From Beijerinckiaceae bacterium (GTDB lineage Bacteria > Pseudomonadota > Alphaproteobacteria > Rhizobiales > Beijerinckiaceae): a stretch of 64,000 bases of DNA. Numbering within the stretch: position 1 is the first letter of the stretch; every line of letters begins with the position of its first letter. Below the pieces are notes generated by a model. That model did not search any database. It was not told where the DNA came from and saw nothing but the letters and a program-made list of their open reading frames with translations. The translations under genes were made by a program, and so were the position numbers. Where the stretch lies: contig JAIELD010000066.1 of assembly GCA_019753285.1 (NCBI GenBank), positions 290-64,289 on the forward strand, written 5' to 3'. Of the stretch, positions 38,815-50,111 are shown piece by piece.

Positions 38815-40008
38815 TCAGCCGTTTACAGCCTTGACGATCTTCTGCGCGGCGTCGTCGAGGTCTTCGGCTGAGATGACGTTGAGGCCGCTCTCGTTGATGA
38901 TCTTCTTGCCCAATTCGACATTGGTGCCTTCGAGGCGAACGACGAGTGGCACTTTCAGGCCGACCTCCTTCACCGCCGCGATGACGCCCTCTGCGATCAC
39001 GTCGCATTTCATGATGCCGCCGAAGATGTTGACGAGGATGCCTTTGACGTTCGGGTCAGCCGTGATGATCTTGAAGGCCGCCGTCACCTTCTCTTTCGTT
39101 GCGCCGCCGCCGACATCGAGGAAGTTGGCCGGCTCCGATCCGTAGAGCTTGATGATGTCCATCGTCGCCATGGCGAGGCCGGCACCATTGACCATGCAGC
39201 CGATCGTGCCGTCGAGCGCCACGTAGGAGAGATCGTATTTCGAGGCCTCGATCTCCTTGGCGTCCTCTTCGGTGAGGTCGCGGAGCGCCATGATGTCGGG
39301 GTGGCGGTAGAGGGCGTTGGAATCAAAGCCCACCTTTGCATCGAGGCACTTCAACTGCCCCTGCTTGGTGATGATGAGCGGGTTTATTTCCAGCATCGCC
39401 ATGTCGGTCTCGACGAAGGCCTTGTAGAGCTGTCCGACCAGCTTCTCGGCCTGCTTGGCGAGATCGCCGGTGAGGCCCAGAATTTTTGCGACCTGGCGGC
39501 CGTGATGCGGCTGCACGCCGGTCGCGGGGTCGATCGAGAAGGATTTGATCTTCTCGGGCGTGTCATGGGCGACAGCTTCGATATCCATGCCGCCCTCGGT
39601 CGAGACGACGAAGGCGACGCGCGAGGTTTCGCGGTCGACCAGCATCGAGAGGTAGAACTCCTTCTCGATGTCGGAGCCATCCTCGATGTAGAGCCGGTTG
39701 ACCTGTTTGCCGGCGGGGCCGGTCTGCACGGTGACAAGGGTGTGGCCGAGCATCTCGCTCGCATGGCTTTTCACCTCATCCAGCGAGAAGGCAAGGCGGA
39801 CGCCGCCCTTGGCGTCAGGGCTGAGTTCCTTGAACTTGCCCTTGCCGCGACCGCCGGCATGGATCTGGCTTTTCACCACATAGAGCGGGCCGGGCAGCTT
39901 CTTCGCGGCTTCCACGGCCTCGTCGACGGTCATCGCCGGGTAGCCCGCAGAGATCGGCGCACCGAAGGTCTTCAGTACGGCTTTGGCCTGATATTCGTGG
40001 ATGTTCAT
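38815..40008 (-). CDS. sucC: Succinate--CoA ligase (ADP-forming) subunit beta
   Basis: [23 protein letters not shown]... It is 397 aa with an ATP-grasp fold. Confidence 0.97.
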   Translation of the reverse strand: MNIHEYQAKAVLKTFGAPISAGYPAMTVDEAVEAAKKLPGPLYVVKSQIHAGGRGKGKFKELSPDAKGGVRLAFSLDEVKSHASEMLGHTLVTVQTGPAGKQVNRLYIEDGSDIEKEFYLSMLVDRETSRVAFVVSTEGGMDIEAVAHDTPEKIKSFSIDPATGVQPHHGRQVAKILGLTGDLAKQAEKLVGQLYKAFVETDMAMLEINPLIITKQGQLKCLDAKVGFDSNALYRHPDIMALRDLTEEDAKEIEASKYDLSYVALDGTIGCMVNGAGLAMATMDIIKLYGSEPANFLDVGGGATKEKVTAAFKIITADPNVKGILVNIFGGIMKCDVIAEGVIAAVKEVGLKVPLVVRLEGTNVELGKKIINESGLNVISAEDLDDAAQKIVKAVNG

Positions 40009-40033
40009 GGGTCGCTTCGCTCCGGGGAATGGG

Positions 40034-40083
40034 GAGTGGTGAGCAGGGACTGGCGCGTAGGGAGCAGCGCCCAGTCACCACTC
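40034..40083 (-). other. Extended intercistronic stem-loop in the mdh-sucC spacer
   Basis: The outer arms are gagtggtga / tcaccactc. The inner arms are ctggcgc / gcgc(c)cag. No U-tract follows, and GGAG lies ahead of the sucC ATG. Confidence 0.6.
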
Positions 40084-40098
40084 GCCATTGACTAACGC

Positions 40099-41079
<981 letters not shown>

Positions 41080-41489
41080 TCAGCTAGATAATGAGTGGAC
41101 GGTTATGGTTTTATGTCGGAAGCGCCGGACCGGTTCGCCGTCGGGCTGGACGATGCTGCGCCATCACGGCGCAACCATGACGGTGCGAAAGGAAGAAGCG
41201 GGAGCGCCCGCCGGGTAAAATCCGCATCGTGGCCAATGGCTTGCTGTTCGCGGGCATCGATGATCGTCTTCCGGGAAAGTCAACGGGGCGGATGTGCCCG
41301 AGAACGGCTTGGGCTTCAAGTTCAGATGATGCCGAGGCGCTTCACATTTTTGTCCCGGCCAGACGGCAGCGCATCCAGAAAGAGAAGATAGCTGAATGAA
41401 AACAGCTTCTTGTCTCGGAATTTCCGATCAGGCCGTGGGCTTGGAGGCGCTTCCAATAACAGGTAACAAAAAACAAAAACTGTTATCTG

Positions 41490-42092
41490 TCAGGCGTGGA
41501 TCCGCATGCTGACGAGCGCTCGGATGAGTGCGCTCAGCACAGCCTCCCGCCTTTGCGTCAAGCTTTGCGGCGGCGCGTTGCGGTCGAGCCTGATTGCGAC
41601 CGGATGGATGAACCGGTATGCGGCGTCGAACACGAAGGCGATGGCGCGCGGGCGTTCCGCGGTCGAGAAAATGCGGTTTGCGACGCCTTCCTCGATGACC
41701 CGCTCCAGAAGCTCGCGCACCCGGGTGCGATGGCGTCTGGCGACGACGCGGTCTTTCTCGGTCGCCTCGGCGAAGACATCGAATAGGCGCGGGTCCTGTT
41801 CGAGCTTGGCGCGGTAGCCGCGCGCGATGAGGTTCAGCATGCGTTCGAGCTTGTCGTCGGCGGGGTCCGGGGCGCCAAGCGTTTCAAGGAGGCCGACCTC
41901 GATGCTTTTCAGCCATTGCGCGATCACCGCGTCGGCGAGCGCTATCTTGGAAGGGTAATACCGGTAGACGTTGGCGTGGGTGACGCCGACCTCCTCGGCA
42001 ACACCGACGACCCGGAGCCGTGCGAGGCCAAGCCGCCGAAGATGCTCCGCTGCGACGGCCAGAAGCCTTGCCTGGGTTGATTCCAACTGCAT
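41490..42092 (-). CDS. TetR family transcriptional regulator
   Basis: The N-terminal HTH reads ...LGLARLRVVGVAEEVGVTHANVYRYYPSKIAL. It is 200 aa. Confidence 0.85.
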   Translation of the reverse strand: MQLESTQARLLAVAAEHLRRLGLARLRVVGVAEEVGVTHANVYRYYPSKIALADAVIAQWLKSIEVGLLETLGAPDPADDKLERMLNLIARGYRAKLEQDPRLFDVFAEATEKDRVVARRHRTRVRELLERVIEEGVANRIFSTAERPRAIAFVFDAAYRFIHPVAIRLDRNAPPQSLTQRREAVLSALIRALVSMRIHA

Positions 42093-42148
42093 GCCGATAC
42101 CAGTAGATCACTGGCTGACATACGTGAACAGCCCTTGCCAGACGGCGC

Positions 42149-43036
42149 TCAGACGGCGGGGTTGAGCACGGGGGCGGCGCTTTTCTTGGACTTCGCTTTC
42201 GGCCTTGCCTTGCTTCGCACCTTGGCCTTGATCACAGGCTTGCGCGCCGCGAGGTCCTGCAGCAATTCGAGCTGGATTTCCTGAATCTCGGTCAGCCGCT
42301 CCCATTGCTTGTTGAGCAGGTGATCGACCTTTTCGTGAAGGTGGCGGATTTCGAGCTCGGCCTTGAGATTGACGCGGAAGTCGTTCTCGGAGCGCAGGCG
42401 ATCCTTCGCCTCCTGCCGCTTCTGGCTCATCATGATGATCGGGGCCTGGATCGCGGCGAGGCAGGAGAGCACGAGATTGAGAAGGATGAAGGGATAGGCA
42501 TCGAACGATGCTTCGCCGAGCGCCAGATTGATGCCCATCCAGACGCTGAGGATGACGAAGAAAACGATGATGAAGGTCCAGCTGCCGCCAAAGCTCGCAA
42601 CGACATCGGCCATCAGCTCGCCGATCGTCCTGTGTCCCTCCCACTCGCGCTCAATATCCTCGGCGAGCGTCTCGTGCCGTTCGAGGCTCGCGACCACGTC
42701 CTGCTCGAGCGTCGAGAGCTCGCCGCGCTCGTCCCTCAGCAAGGCTTCGACATATTGCCCGCGAACCTTGTTCAGCTCCTTGAGGCTGATCTTCGCATCC
42801 GGGTCGAGATCTGGGTATTGCAGGCGCAACTGCTCGGCGAGAGCAGGGCGCAGCATGTCGATCGGAAAAAGATCCTTTTTCGGAACTTCGAGGCCGGAGA
42901 TCGAGCAAACACCGCGCTTCTTCAGCTTGCTTCTGATGCCTGCGGTGCTGTGGCCCGTTTGGAGGGCGGCATCCACCTCGTCCAGCGTGTCGAGAATTTC
43001 CTCGCGGACGTCCGTCGATGTCGGTTCGGCTGTCAT
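42149..43036 (-). CDS. DUF1003-like membrane protein
   Basis: Trimmed from 43126 (TTG) to MTAEPTS. ...FGGSWTFIIVFFVILSVWMGIN...AYPFILLNLVLSCLAAIQAPIIMMSQKRQ..KDR is a typical DUF1003 core. Confidence 0.65.
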   Translation of the reverse strand: MTAEPTSTDVREEILDTLDEVDAALQTGHSTAGIRSKLKKRGVCSISGLEVPKKDLFPIDMLRPALAEQLRLQYPDLDPDAKISLKELNKVRGQYVEALLRDERGELSTLEQDVVASLERHETLAEDIEREWEGHRTIGELMADVVASFGGSWTFIIVFFVILSVWMGINLALGEASFDAYPFILLNLVLSCLAAIQAPIIMMSQKRQEAKDRLRSENDFRVNLKAELEIRHLHEKVDHLLNKQWERLTEIQEIQLELLQDLAARKPVIKAKVRSKARPKAKSKKSAAPVLNPAV

Positions 43037-43152
43037 GATGTCATCCGCTGGAGGCGCCTGCCTGGCGCGAGCGCGTCGGCGGCCCGGGCGCTCCATCTGC
43101 TCCGCTTTAAAAACGACGGCAGGCAAGCGGTCAATGAAAAACTGCCGCTGCC

Positions 43153-44316
43153 TCAGGTTTCGACAAGCCCGGTGGTGTGGCCGCTCGCCAGGCTGTCGCG
43201 CGAGCCGTGCGGATGGCCGAGATATTCATCCGAGCGCATCTCGATGAGGCGTGAGACGGTGCGGTCGAACTCGAACGCCTCGAAGCCGCTATCCGCCCCG
43301 TAAAGGGCATCGACCTCGGCTTCGGCGCTCATGATGAGCTTGACGTGATTTTCGTAGAGCACGTCGATCAGGGTGATGAAGCGCTTCGCCTCGTTGCGGC
43401 GTGCAAGGTCCATCCTGGGAACGTCTTCGATCAGGATGGTGTGATAGGCGCGGGCGATCGCAAGGTAATCGGACGCGCCGAGCGGTTTTGCGCAGAGGTC
43501 CTCGAACCCGAAGCGCGCCACGCCCGACGCGGCGGCCGGAATCTCGACCTCTCGCGACTTGACGACGATCCGCGTCGGCTTGCGGCGATCCGATCCGGTG
43601 AGTTTTTTCCACCAGGCGTCCATCTCGAGGCGCGCCCGTTCATCGTTCGGGGCATAGAAGAGAGTGCCGCCCCCGAGTTTTTCCAACCGGTAATCGGTGC
43701 GCGCGTCGAGTTCGACAACGGCGACGTTGGCAAGCAGAAGATCGATGAAGGGCGTGAACAGCGCGCGGTTCAGCCCGTTCTTGTAGAGCTGCGACGGCTC
43801 CACGTTGGAGGTCGCGACGATGACCACGCCCTTCGCCCAAAGCGCCTTGAACAGGCGGCCAAGGATCATCGCATCCGTGATGTCGGTCACCGTGAACTCG
43901 TCGAAGCACAGCACCCAGGCTTCCCCGGCCAGCGCCTCCGCGACCGGCTCGATCGGGTCGGGGGCCTTCGTCCCGTGGTCTGCTTGGCGCCATTGATGGA
44001 TGCGCTCGTGCACATCGGCCATGAAGCTGTGAAAATGGGCCCTTCGCTTGCGCGTCACCGGTATCTGCTCGAAGAACATGTCCATCAGCATGGTCTTGCC
44101 GCGGCCGACCGAACCCCAGATGTAGAGCCCTTTCAAGGGCGGGCGCGGCTTCTGGCCGAACAGCCAGCCGAGTGCGGAGGATTTGCGCGCCAGACGGTGG
44201 TGCGCCAGATCTTCGGCGAGGCGGTCGAGCGAATTCACGACCGCAGCCTGAGCCGGATCGCGGTCGAGATGGCCATCGCTGACGAGAGCCTGATAGCGGG
44301 TCTTGAGGGTTGTCAC
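43153..44316 (-). CDS. zapE: Cell division protein ZapE (AFG1-like ATPase)
   Basis: ...LKGLYIWGSVGRGKTMLMDMFF... has a Walker A motif. It is 387 aa. Confidence 0.9.
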   Translation of the reverse strand: MTTLKTRYQALVSDGHLDRDPAQAAVVNSLDRLAEDLAHHRLARKSSALGWLFGQKPRPPLKGLYIWGSVGRGKTMLMDMFFEQIPVTRKRRAHFHSFMADVHERIHQWRQADHGTKAPDPIEPVAEALAGEAWVLCFDEFTVTDITDAMILGRLFKALWAKGVVIVATSNVEPSQLYKNGLNRALFTPFIDLLLANVAVVELDARTDYRLEKLGGGTLFYAPNDERARLEMDAWWKKLTGSDRRKPTRIVVKSREVEIPAAASGVARFGFEDLCAKPLGASDYLAIARAYHTILIEDVPRMDLARRNEAKRFITLIDVLYENHVKLIMSAEAEVDALYGADSGFEAFEFDRTVSRLIEMRSDEYLGHPHGSRDSLASGHTTGLVET

Positions 44317-44563
44317 GAGGGTCGGGAGCGTCCGATGCGCGATGCTTCGATCGTTCCGCCGTGTGACGGCAGCGTCAAACCGAAAGCCAAATGATCAAAC
44401 TCCGTCATTGGAGCATCCTTCAGCCGCGCTACATACTCAATTTGACGGCTGCCGCAAGGCCGCCGGCGAATGGTCGCGGCTGGAACCGATGGATCACCCT
44501 AAAGTTATTGGTTCGCAGGCGAAAACTCGCCTAATTTCGATATCGGAAAGTCTGGAGACGATC

Positions 44564-44839
44564 ATGAAACTCAAACTGAAGAGCCTTGGCGTGGCGCTCG
44601 CACTTGGTGTCCTTGCCTCGGCAGCTCATGCAGAGCCTAGCTTCAACGACAAGGACCGCACCGAACTCTATCGTGTCCTGCGCCAGCAGAACCGTGAAAT
44701 CCGTGGCGGATATCCTGTTCGCGAACAGCGCTACTATCAAAACAAGATCGATGATTACGGTCCCTATGAGCAATATCGCCCCTATGGGGTGAGGCGGTCT
44801 TACGAAGTCGGACGGCGCTATCGCTATTACGGCGAATAA
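44564..44839 (+). CDS. Small secreted Arg/Tyr-rich protein (hypothetical)
   Basis: Trimmed from 44303 to MKLKLKSLGVALALGVLASAAHA (signal), with GGAGA upstream. The mature ~68 aa are rich in R, Y, Q and E (RYYQNKIDDYGPYEQYRPYGVRRSYEVGRRYRYYGE). Confidence 0.6.
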   Translation: MKLKLKSLGVALALGVLASAAHAEPSFNDKDRTELYRVLRQQNREIRGGYPVREQRYYQNKIDDYGPYEQYRPYGVRRSYEVGRRYRYYGE

Positions 44840-44867
44840 GCTGATCTGCATGATGCCCAAGACATGA

Positions 44868-44896
44868 CTGCCGCAAGCGCGGCAGCCATGCGTTTT
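44868..44896 (+). terminator. Possible terminator of the small secreted-protein gene
   Basis: ctgccgc-aagc-gcggcag, followed 7 nt later by TTTT. Confidence 0.4.
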
Positions 44897-44937
44897 CAGG
44901 TAGGCTCAAACGCGATCGAAAGACTTATCTTTCGTGC

Positions 44938-45579
44938 ATGTCCCGAGCCTCAAACGTGCCAGCCATCATCAGTCCTGCCGCTCCAATGGCCGATGCTTCG
45001 AGCGCGGCCAGTGTCGGCGCGTTCAGGAAACTCGCCATCCTCGACAAGCGGCGTCTCACAGAGCATCTGTTAAGGCTCGATCGCGACTCGCTTCGCATGC
45101 GCTTCGGCGCGACCTTGTCGCCGGAGGCTCTCGTCCAGCACGCCGAGCGTTGCTTCACGCTCGGCTGCACGATGCATGGATACTTCGTCGATGGCGATTT
45201 GCGGGGCGTCGCGGAACTCAGGCTTGATCGGCCCTGGCTGACGCAATCGGCGGAAGCCGCGTTCAGCGTCGAGCCTGGCTTTCGCGACCATGGCGTCGCC
45301 ACCGAACTGTTTGCCAGAACGCTGCGCACTGCGCGCAATCGCGGCGTGCGCCGACTGATGATCTCGTGCCTCACCTGGAACAAGCCGATGCAGGCGCTCG
45401 CGCGCAAGTTCAAGGCCGAATTCCACTGGGAGGAGGGCGAGGTCGTGGGGACGGTAATTGCCGAAAGCGCCTCTCCGCGCTCCTTCATCGAGGAGTTGAC
45501 CGAGGATGCGCTCGGTTATCTGGCAGCCGCCGCGCAAAGGCGGCTGGCGCTGTTCAATCGCGCCATCCAGCCGAGCTGA
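44938..45579 (+). CDS. GNAT family N-acetyltransferase
   Basis: ...AAFSVEPGFRDHGVATELFARTLRTARNRGVRRL... is a motif A-like region. Confidence 0.65.
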   Translation: MSRASNVPAIISPAAPMADASSAASVGAFRKLAILDKRRLTEHLLRLDRDSLRMRFGATLSPEALVQHAERCFTLGCTMHGYFVDGDLRGVAELRLDRPWLTQSAEAAFSVEPGFRDHGVATELFARTLRTARNRGVRRLMISCLTWNKPMQALARKFKAEFHWEEGEVVGTVIAESASPRSFIEELTEDALGYLAAAAQRRLALFNRAIQPS

Positions 45580-45592
45580 GCATCCGACGAGC

Positions 45593-46279
45593 CTATTTGT
45601 TGATGCTGATCGGTGCGCCGCTCTTGGCGACCGCGCCGTTGAAGCTCGTATTGCCGGCCTGTTTCAGCCGCGCCGCGACCGCGCCACCCTGCTCGTAGAG
45701 ATAGATCTCATCGCCACGCAGCTCCCAGGCGTTGATCTTGGTGAGGCCAGTGCCGCAACCGCTCGTCTGCGCCTTGTAGAGGTCGAGCGCCGGCGTGTTC
45801 GACAGGGTCAGCTTACACTTGCTCCCCGATCCCTGAGCCACCGACCAGCCGCCTGTGAGACGTGACTGGCTGGGCTTTTCGGGCGCGGCGGGCTGAGGCG
45901 CAACCGGCTCGACCTTGCGGGTTGCAGCGGCGATCTTCGGTTGTGGCGGCGGGCTGAGGTCGCCGGCCGCCGGAGCCGCGACGCCGCCCGGCAACTGCCC
46001 CGGGGAACCCGGCGGGGGCAGCGATCCGTCGGGCGATGCGATCACGGGCGTGGTCGTGCCGGGCGCCGTGGGCGATGACGGCGAGAAACGCGGCGGGGGC
46101 GGCGGCAATTCCTGCGCGGTGACCGCCGGCGTCGGCGTCGGGCTGATCGATGCCGGCTGGGACGAAGTCGAGATCGAAGGCGAGCGCGGGTCGAAGTCGC
46201 TCAGGCGAGAAACGGAGTCGCACCCGCCAAGGAGCGGCAGAGACAGCAGCACGGCCGACGGAAGCTTGATACGGAACAT
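45593..46279 (-). CDS. Omp19/Inh-like lipoprotein (protease-inhibitor fold) with a Pro-rich linker
   Basis: Trimmed from 46327 to MFRIKLPSAVLLSLPLLGGC (lipobox). The C-terminus reads LTGGWSVAQGSGSKCKLTLS...GCGTGLTKINAWELRGDEIYLY. Confidence 0.65.
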   Translation of the reverse strand: MFRIKLPSAVLLSLPLLGGCDSVSRLSDFDPRSPSISTSSQPASISPTPTPAVTAQELPPPPPRFSPSSPTAPGTTTPVIASPDGSLPPPGSPGQLPGGVAAPAAGDLSPPPQPKIAAATRKVEPVAPQPAAPEKPSQSRLTGGWSVAQGSGSKCKLTLSNTPALDLYKAQTSGCGTGLTKINAWELRGDEIYLYEQGGAVAARLKQAGNTSFNGAVAKSGAPISINK

Positions 46280-46392
46280 CGAGGCCTGACCTTCAGAAAC
46301 AACAGCGGACGCCCAATCTAACGGCAAGCGTCACGTGATCAAGCCCATCATCGTCAGCCGCGTGTAAATCGCGCCGATCAGCGCGACATGCG

Positions 46393-47190
46393 TCAAATCT
46401 GGCGCACCACCATCATTTTCTTGATTTCGGCGATCGCCCGCGCCGGGTTCAGCCCCTTAGGGCAGGTGTTGGCGCAGTTCATGATCGTATGGCAGCGATA
46501 GAGACGGAACGGGTCCTCGAGATTGTCGAGGCGCTCGCCCTTGTTCTCGTCGCGGCTGTCGATCAGCCAGCGATACGCCTGGAGAAGCACGGCGGGCCCC
46601 AGGAATTTATCGCTGTTCCACCAGTAGCTTGGGCAGGCGGTGGAGCAGCACGCGCAGAGGATGCACTCATAAAGCCCGTCGATCTTCTCACGATCGTCGC
46701 GCGACTGCTTCCATTCCTTCTCCGGCTCAGGCGTCGTCGTCTGCAGCCAGGGCTCGATCGAGGCATGCTGGGCATAAAAGCGCGTCAGGTCCGGCACGAG
46801 GTCCTTGATGACCGGCATATGCGGCAGCGGATAGATCTTGATGACGCCGTCGACCTCGTCCATGCCCTTGGTGCAGGCCAGCGTGTTCGTGCCGTCGATG
46901 TTCATCGAGCAGGAGCCGCAGATGCCCTCGCGGCAGGAACGGCGGAAGGTGAGGGTCGGGTCGATCTTGGATTTGATCCAGATCAGCCCGTCGAGGATCA
47001 TCGGTCCGCAATCGGCGCGATCGACGAAGTAGGTGTCGATGCGGGGCTGGCCACCATCGTCCGGGTTCCAGCGATAGATGCGGAATTCGGTGAGCTTGCC
47101 GAGGGCCTTGCCGTCATGCGCGGCGGGCTTCGGCCAGGTCTTGCCCGGCACCATGCGCGAGTTTTTGGGGAGGGTCAGTTCAACCATCAA
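46393..47190 (-). CDS. sdhB: Succinate dehydrogenase iron-sulfur subunit
   Basis: ...[19 protein letters not shown]..., [16 protein letters not shown] and [16 protein letters not shown] are the three Fe-S cluster motifs. Confidence 0.97.
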   Translation of the reverse strand: MMVELTLPKNSRMVPGKTWPKPAAHDGKALGKLTEFRIYRWNPDDGGQPRIDTYFVDRADCGPMILDGLIWIKSKIDPTLTFRRSCREGICGSCSMNIDGTNTLACTKGMDEVDGVIKIYPLPHMPVIKDLVPDLTRFYAQHASIEPWLQTTTPEPEKEWKQSRDDREKIDGLYECILCACCSTACPSYWWNSDKFLGPAVLLQAYRWLIDSRDENKGERLDNLEDPFRLYRCHTIMNCANTCPKGLNPARAIAEIKKMMVVRQI

Positions 47191-47250
47191 TAACGCTTTC
47201 GTAAATTTCGACTTCCGGTAGCGATGCTCTCGCGACCGGCCTGCGTCCGC

Positions 47251-49086
47251 TTAATACACCCTCGCCTTCGGCTGGATGTATTCGATCTCGTTGGACATAG
47301 TATAAGTATGCACGGGGCGGTAATCGAGCGTCGTCTTGCGGCTCGCATCGTCGAGGAAGGCGAGCGTGTGCTTCATCCACTCCTTATCGTTGCGCTCGGA
47401 ATAGTCCTCGCGTGCATGTGCGCCACGGCTTTCCTTGCGGTTGACGGCCGATTCCATCGTCACCACGGCTTGCGTGATGAGATTGTCGAATTCGAGCGTC
47501 TCGATCAGGTCCGAATTCCAGATCAAGGAGCGATCCTTGACGCCGACATCGTCGATGCCGCCCCAGACCTGGTTGATCAGCGTCTGGCCTTCTTCCAGCA
47601 CCTCGCCCGTGCGGAAGACGGCGCAGTTGTTCTGCATCACGCGCTGCATGCGGCCGCGGAGCTCGGCGGTCGGCGTTGCGCCGGCGGCGTTGCGGTAGCG
47701 GTCAAGCCGCGAGAGGGCGAGGTCGGCTGAATCCTTCGGCAGTTCAGGCTGGCTCTCGCCAGCGGTCACGAGCGTCGCGGCCCTGAGACCAGCCGCGCGG
47801 CCGAACACCACGAGGTCGATGAGCGAATTGGAGCCGAGGCGGTTCGCGCCATGCACGGAGACGCAGGCCGCCTCGCCGATCGCCATCAGGCCGGGCACCA
47901 CGGCGTCCGGGTCGCCATTCACCTTGGTCAGCACCTCGCCGTGGAAGTTGGTCGGGATGCCGCCCATGTTGTAGTGCACGGTCGGGATGACCGGGATCGG
48001 CTCCTTGGTGACGTCGACGCCCGCGAAGATCTTGGCGCTTTCGGAAATGCCCGGCAGGCGCTCGTGCAGGATCTTCGGATCGAGGTGATCGAGGTGCAGG
48101 TAGATGTGGTCCTTGTGCTTGCCGACGCCGCGGCCTTCGCGGATCTCCATCGTCATCGAGCGCGAGACGACGTCGCGCGAGGCAAGGTCCTTGGCGGATG
48201 GAGCGTAGCGTTCCATGAAGCGCTCGCCCTCGGAATTGGTGAGGTAGCCGCCTTCGCCGCGTGAGCCTTCGGTGATGAGGCAGCCCGCACCGTAGATGCC
48301 GGTCGGGTGGAACTGGATGAACTCCATGTCCTGCAGCGGCAGGCCGGCGCGCAGCACCATGGCGTTGCCGTCGCCAGTGCAGGTGTGGGCGGAGGTCGCG
48401 GAGAAGTAAGCGCGGCCATAACCGCCGGTCGCGAGAATCACCTGCTGCGAGCGGAAGCGATGGATCGTGCCGTCATCCATTTTCAGCGCGACGACGCCGC
48501 GGCAGCGGCCTTCCTGATCCATGATCAGATCGATCGCGAAGAATTCGATGAAGAATTCGGTCTTGGCCCGCAACGCCTGCCCATAAAGCGTGTGCAGGAT
48601 GGCGTGGCCGGTGCGGTCCGCCGCCGCGCAGGTGCGCTGCGCGATGCCCTTGCCGTAATTGGTGGTCATGCCGCCGAAGGGGCGCTGATAGATCTTGCCT
48701 TCCTCGGTGCGGGAGAAGGGAACGCCCCAGTGCTCGAGTTCGTAGACGGCGGCCGGCGCGTTGCGCACCAGATACTCGATCGCGTCCTGGTCGCCGAGCC
48801 AGTCGGAGCCCTTGACCGTATCGTACATGTGAAAGCGCCAGTCGTCCTCGCCCATATTGCCGAGCGCGGCCGAGATACCGCCCTGTGCCGCGACGGTGTG
48901 CGAGCGCGTCGGAAACACCTTCGAGAGGCAGGCGGTCTTGAGGCCGGCCTGCGCGCAGCCGACCGCGGCGCGCAGACCCGCACCTCCAGCGCCGACCACC
49001 ACGACATCGAAGGTATGATCGGTGATGGGATAGGCCTGCCCGCTATACGCAGGGCTTTTCGTGCCGTTGGCTGTTTCGGTGGCCAT
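47251..49086 (-). CDS. sdhA: Succinate dehydrogenase flavoprotein subunit
   Basis: [16 protein letters not shown]...[11 protein letters not shown]... It is 611 aa. Confidence 0.97.
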   Translation of the reverse strand: MATETANGTKSPAYSGQAYPITDHTFDVVVVGAGGAGLRAAVGCAQAGLKTACLSKVFPTRSHTVAAQGGISAALGNMGEDDWRFHMYDTVKGSDWLGDQDAIEYLVRNAPAAVYELEHWGVPFSRTEEGKIYQRPFGGMTTNYGKGIAQRTCAAADRTGHAILHTLYGQALRAKTEFFIEFFAIDLIMDQEGRCRGVVALKMDDGTIHRFRSQQVILATGGYGRAYFSATSAHTCTGDGNAMVLRAGLPLQDMEFIQFHPTGIYGAGCLITEGSRGEGGYLTNSEGERFMERYAPSAKDLASRDVVSRSMTMEIREGRGVGKHKDHIYLHLDHLDPKILHERLPGISESAKIFAGVDVTKEPIPVIPTVHYNMGGIPTNFHGEVLTKVNGDPDAVVPGLMAIGEAACVSVHGANRLGSNSLIDLVVFGRAAGLRAATLVTAGESQPELPKDSADLALSRLDRYRNAAGATPTAELRGRMQRVMQNNCAVFRTGEVLEEGQTLINQVWGGIDDVGVKDRSLIWNSDLIETLEFDNLITQAVVTMESAVNRKESRGAHAREDYSERNDKEWMKHTLAFLDDASRKTTLDYRPVHTYTMSNEIEYIQPKARVY

Positions 49087-49125
49087 GAATGGTGCCTTCC
49101 GTGAATGCTGTCTTGAAAAGAAAAC

Positions 49126-49530
49126 CTAGATCGCGCCGAAGCCGATCCTCAACAGGGCATAAACGCACATCACGCCCACGAGGATCGCGAAGAAGGTGTT
49201 GGCGATGAGCGCCGCGATCTTCGTCGCCTCGCCATGCACGTAATCCTCGATGATGACCTGCATGCCGAGCCGCATGTGGAAGAGCCCGGAGCAGACGAAA
49301 AGCAGCATCAGGATCGCAACGAGCGGCTGCGACAGCGTGTGCAGCACGGCTTCCCGGCTTTTGCCCTGCAGCGAGATCACGATCGCGATGAAGGCGATGG
49401 CCAGCGGAATGTTGGCGATCGCCGTGATGCGGTGCTGCCAGAAATGCTCTGTGCCGGATTTGGCGGCACCGAGCCCTTTGACCCTCGACATTTCCGTGCG
49501 CATGGTCTGATTGACGTGATCGGACGCCAT
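49126..49530 (-). CDS. sdhD: Succinate dehydrogenase hydrophobic membrane anchor subunit
   Basis: 134 aa with 3 TM segments. Its position between sdhC and sdhA supports the call. Confidence 0.85.
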   Translation of the reverse strand: MASDHVNQTMRTEMSRVKGLGAAKSGTEHFWQHRITAIANIPLAIAFIAIVISLQGKSREAVLHTLSQPLVAILMLLFVCSGLFHMRLGMQVIIEDYVHGEATKIAALIANTFFAILVGVMCVYALLRIGFGAI

Positions 49531-49539
49531 GATGCCCTC

Positions 49540-49956
49540 CTAGCGCAGATAAAGTGCGATCGCCCAGACGACGATCGTGAGGCTTACGGAGCCGATGAAC
49601 GTGAACCGCGCAAGGTTCATGCGCGTCGAACGCTCATAGCCCGTGCCGGAATCCCAGATGAGGTGCCGGACGCCGCCGAGCATGTGGTGAAGCAGCGCCC
49701 ACGTATAGCCGAATAGGACGAGCTGGCCGAGAAGCGACCCCATCGCCCATTGGGCGGTCTCGAAGGATGAACGTCCGCTGGCGGCTGCGACGAGCCAGGC
49801 TGCGATCATCAGCGTTCCGACGTAAAGCGCGCTGCCGGTGATGCGGTGGAAGATGGACATCGCCATCGTCCAGGTCACGCGGTAAATTTCCAGATGCGGC
49901 GACAGCGGTCTTGGAGCCATGGGCCGCGCGGCCGGCGCCTTGATATCGGTCATCAT
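49540..49956 (-). CDS. sdhC: Succinate dehydrogenase cytochrome b556 subunit
   Basis: Trimmed from 49995 to MMTDIKAPAARPMAPRPLSPHLEIYR...SI.HRITG. Confidence 0.85.
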   Translation of the reverse strand: MMTDIKAPAARPMAPRPLSPHLEIYRVTWTMAMSIFHRITGSALYVGTLMIAAWLVAAASGRSSFETAQWAMGSLLGQLVLFGYTWALLHHMLGGVRHLIWDSGTGYERSTRMNLARFTFIGSVSLTIVVWAIALYLR

Positions 49957-50111
49957 TTCCTCTTTGTAGCCGTTCCAGGAAAGCAGGTAGCGCATACCGC
50001 CGTTTTACAGAAATCACAATTCCGGCGAGGGGCTAAAGGTCCAGGCAGCGGCGTTGTGCCGCTGAAATGAAGTGACAAAAAGATGTTTTTGTAATTGTCT
50101 GAAGCTGTATC

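Noticed and set aside
42100-42114. CCAGT-AGATC-ACTGG as the TetR operator.
   Set aside because: It has only 5-bp arms and could easily occur by chance. I mention it in a finding but do not call it as a feature.
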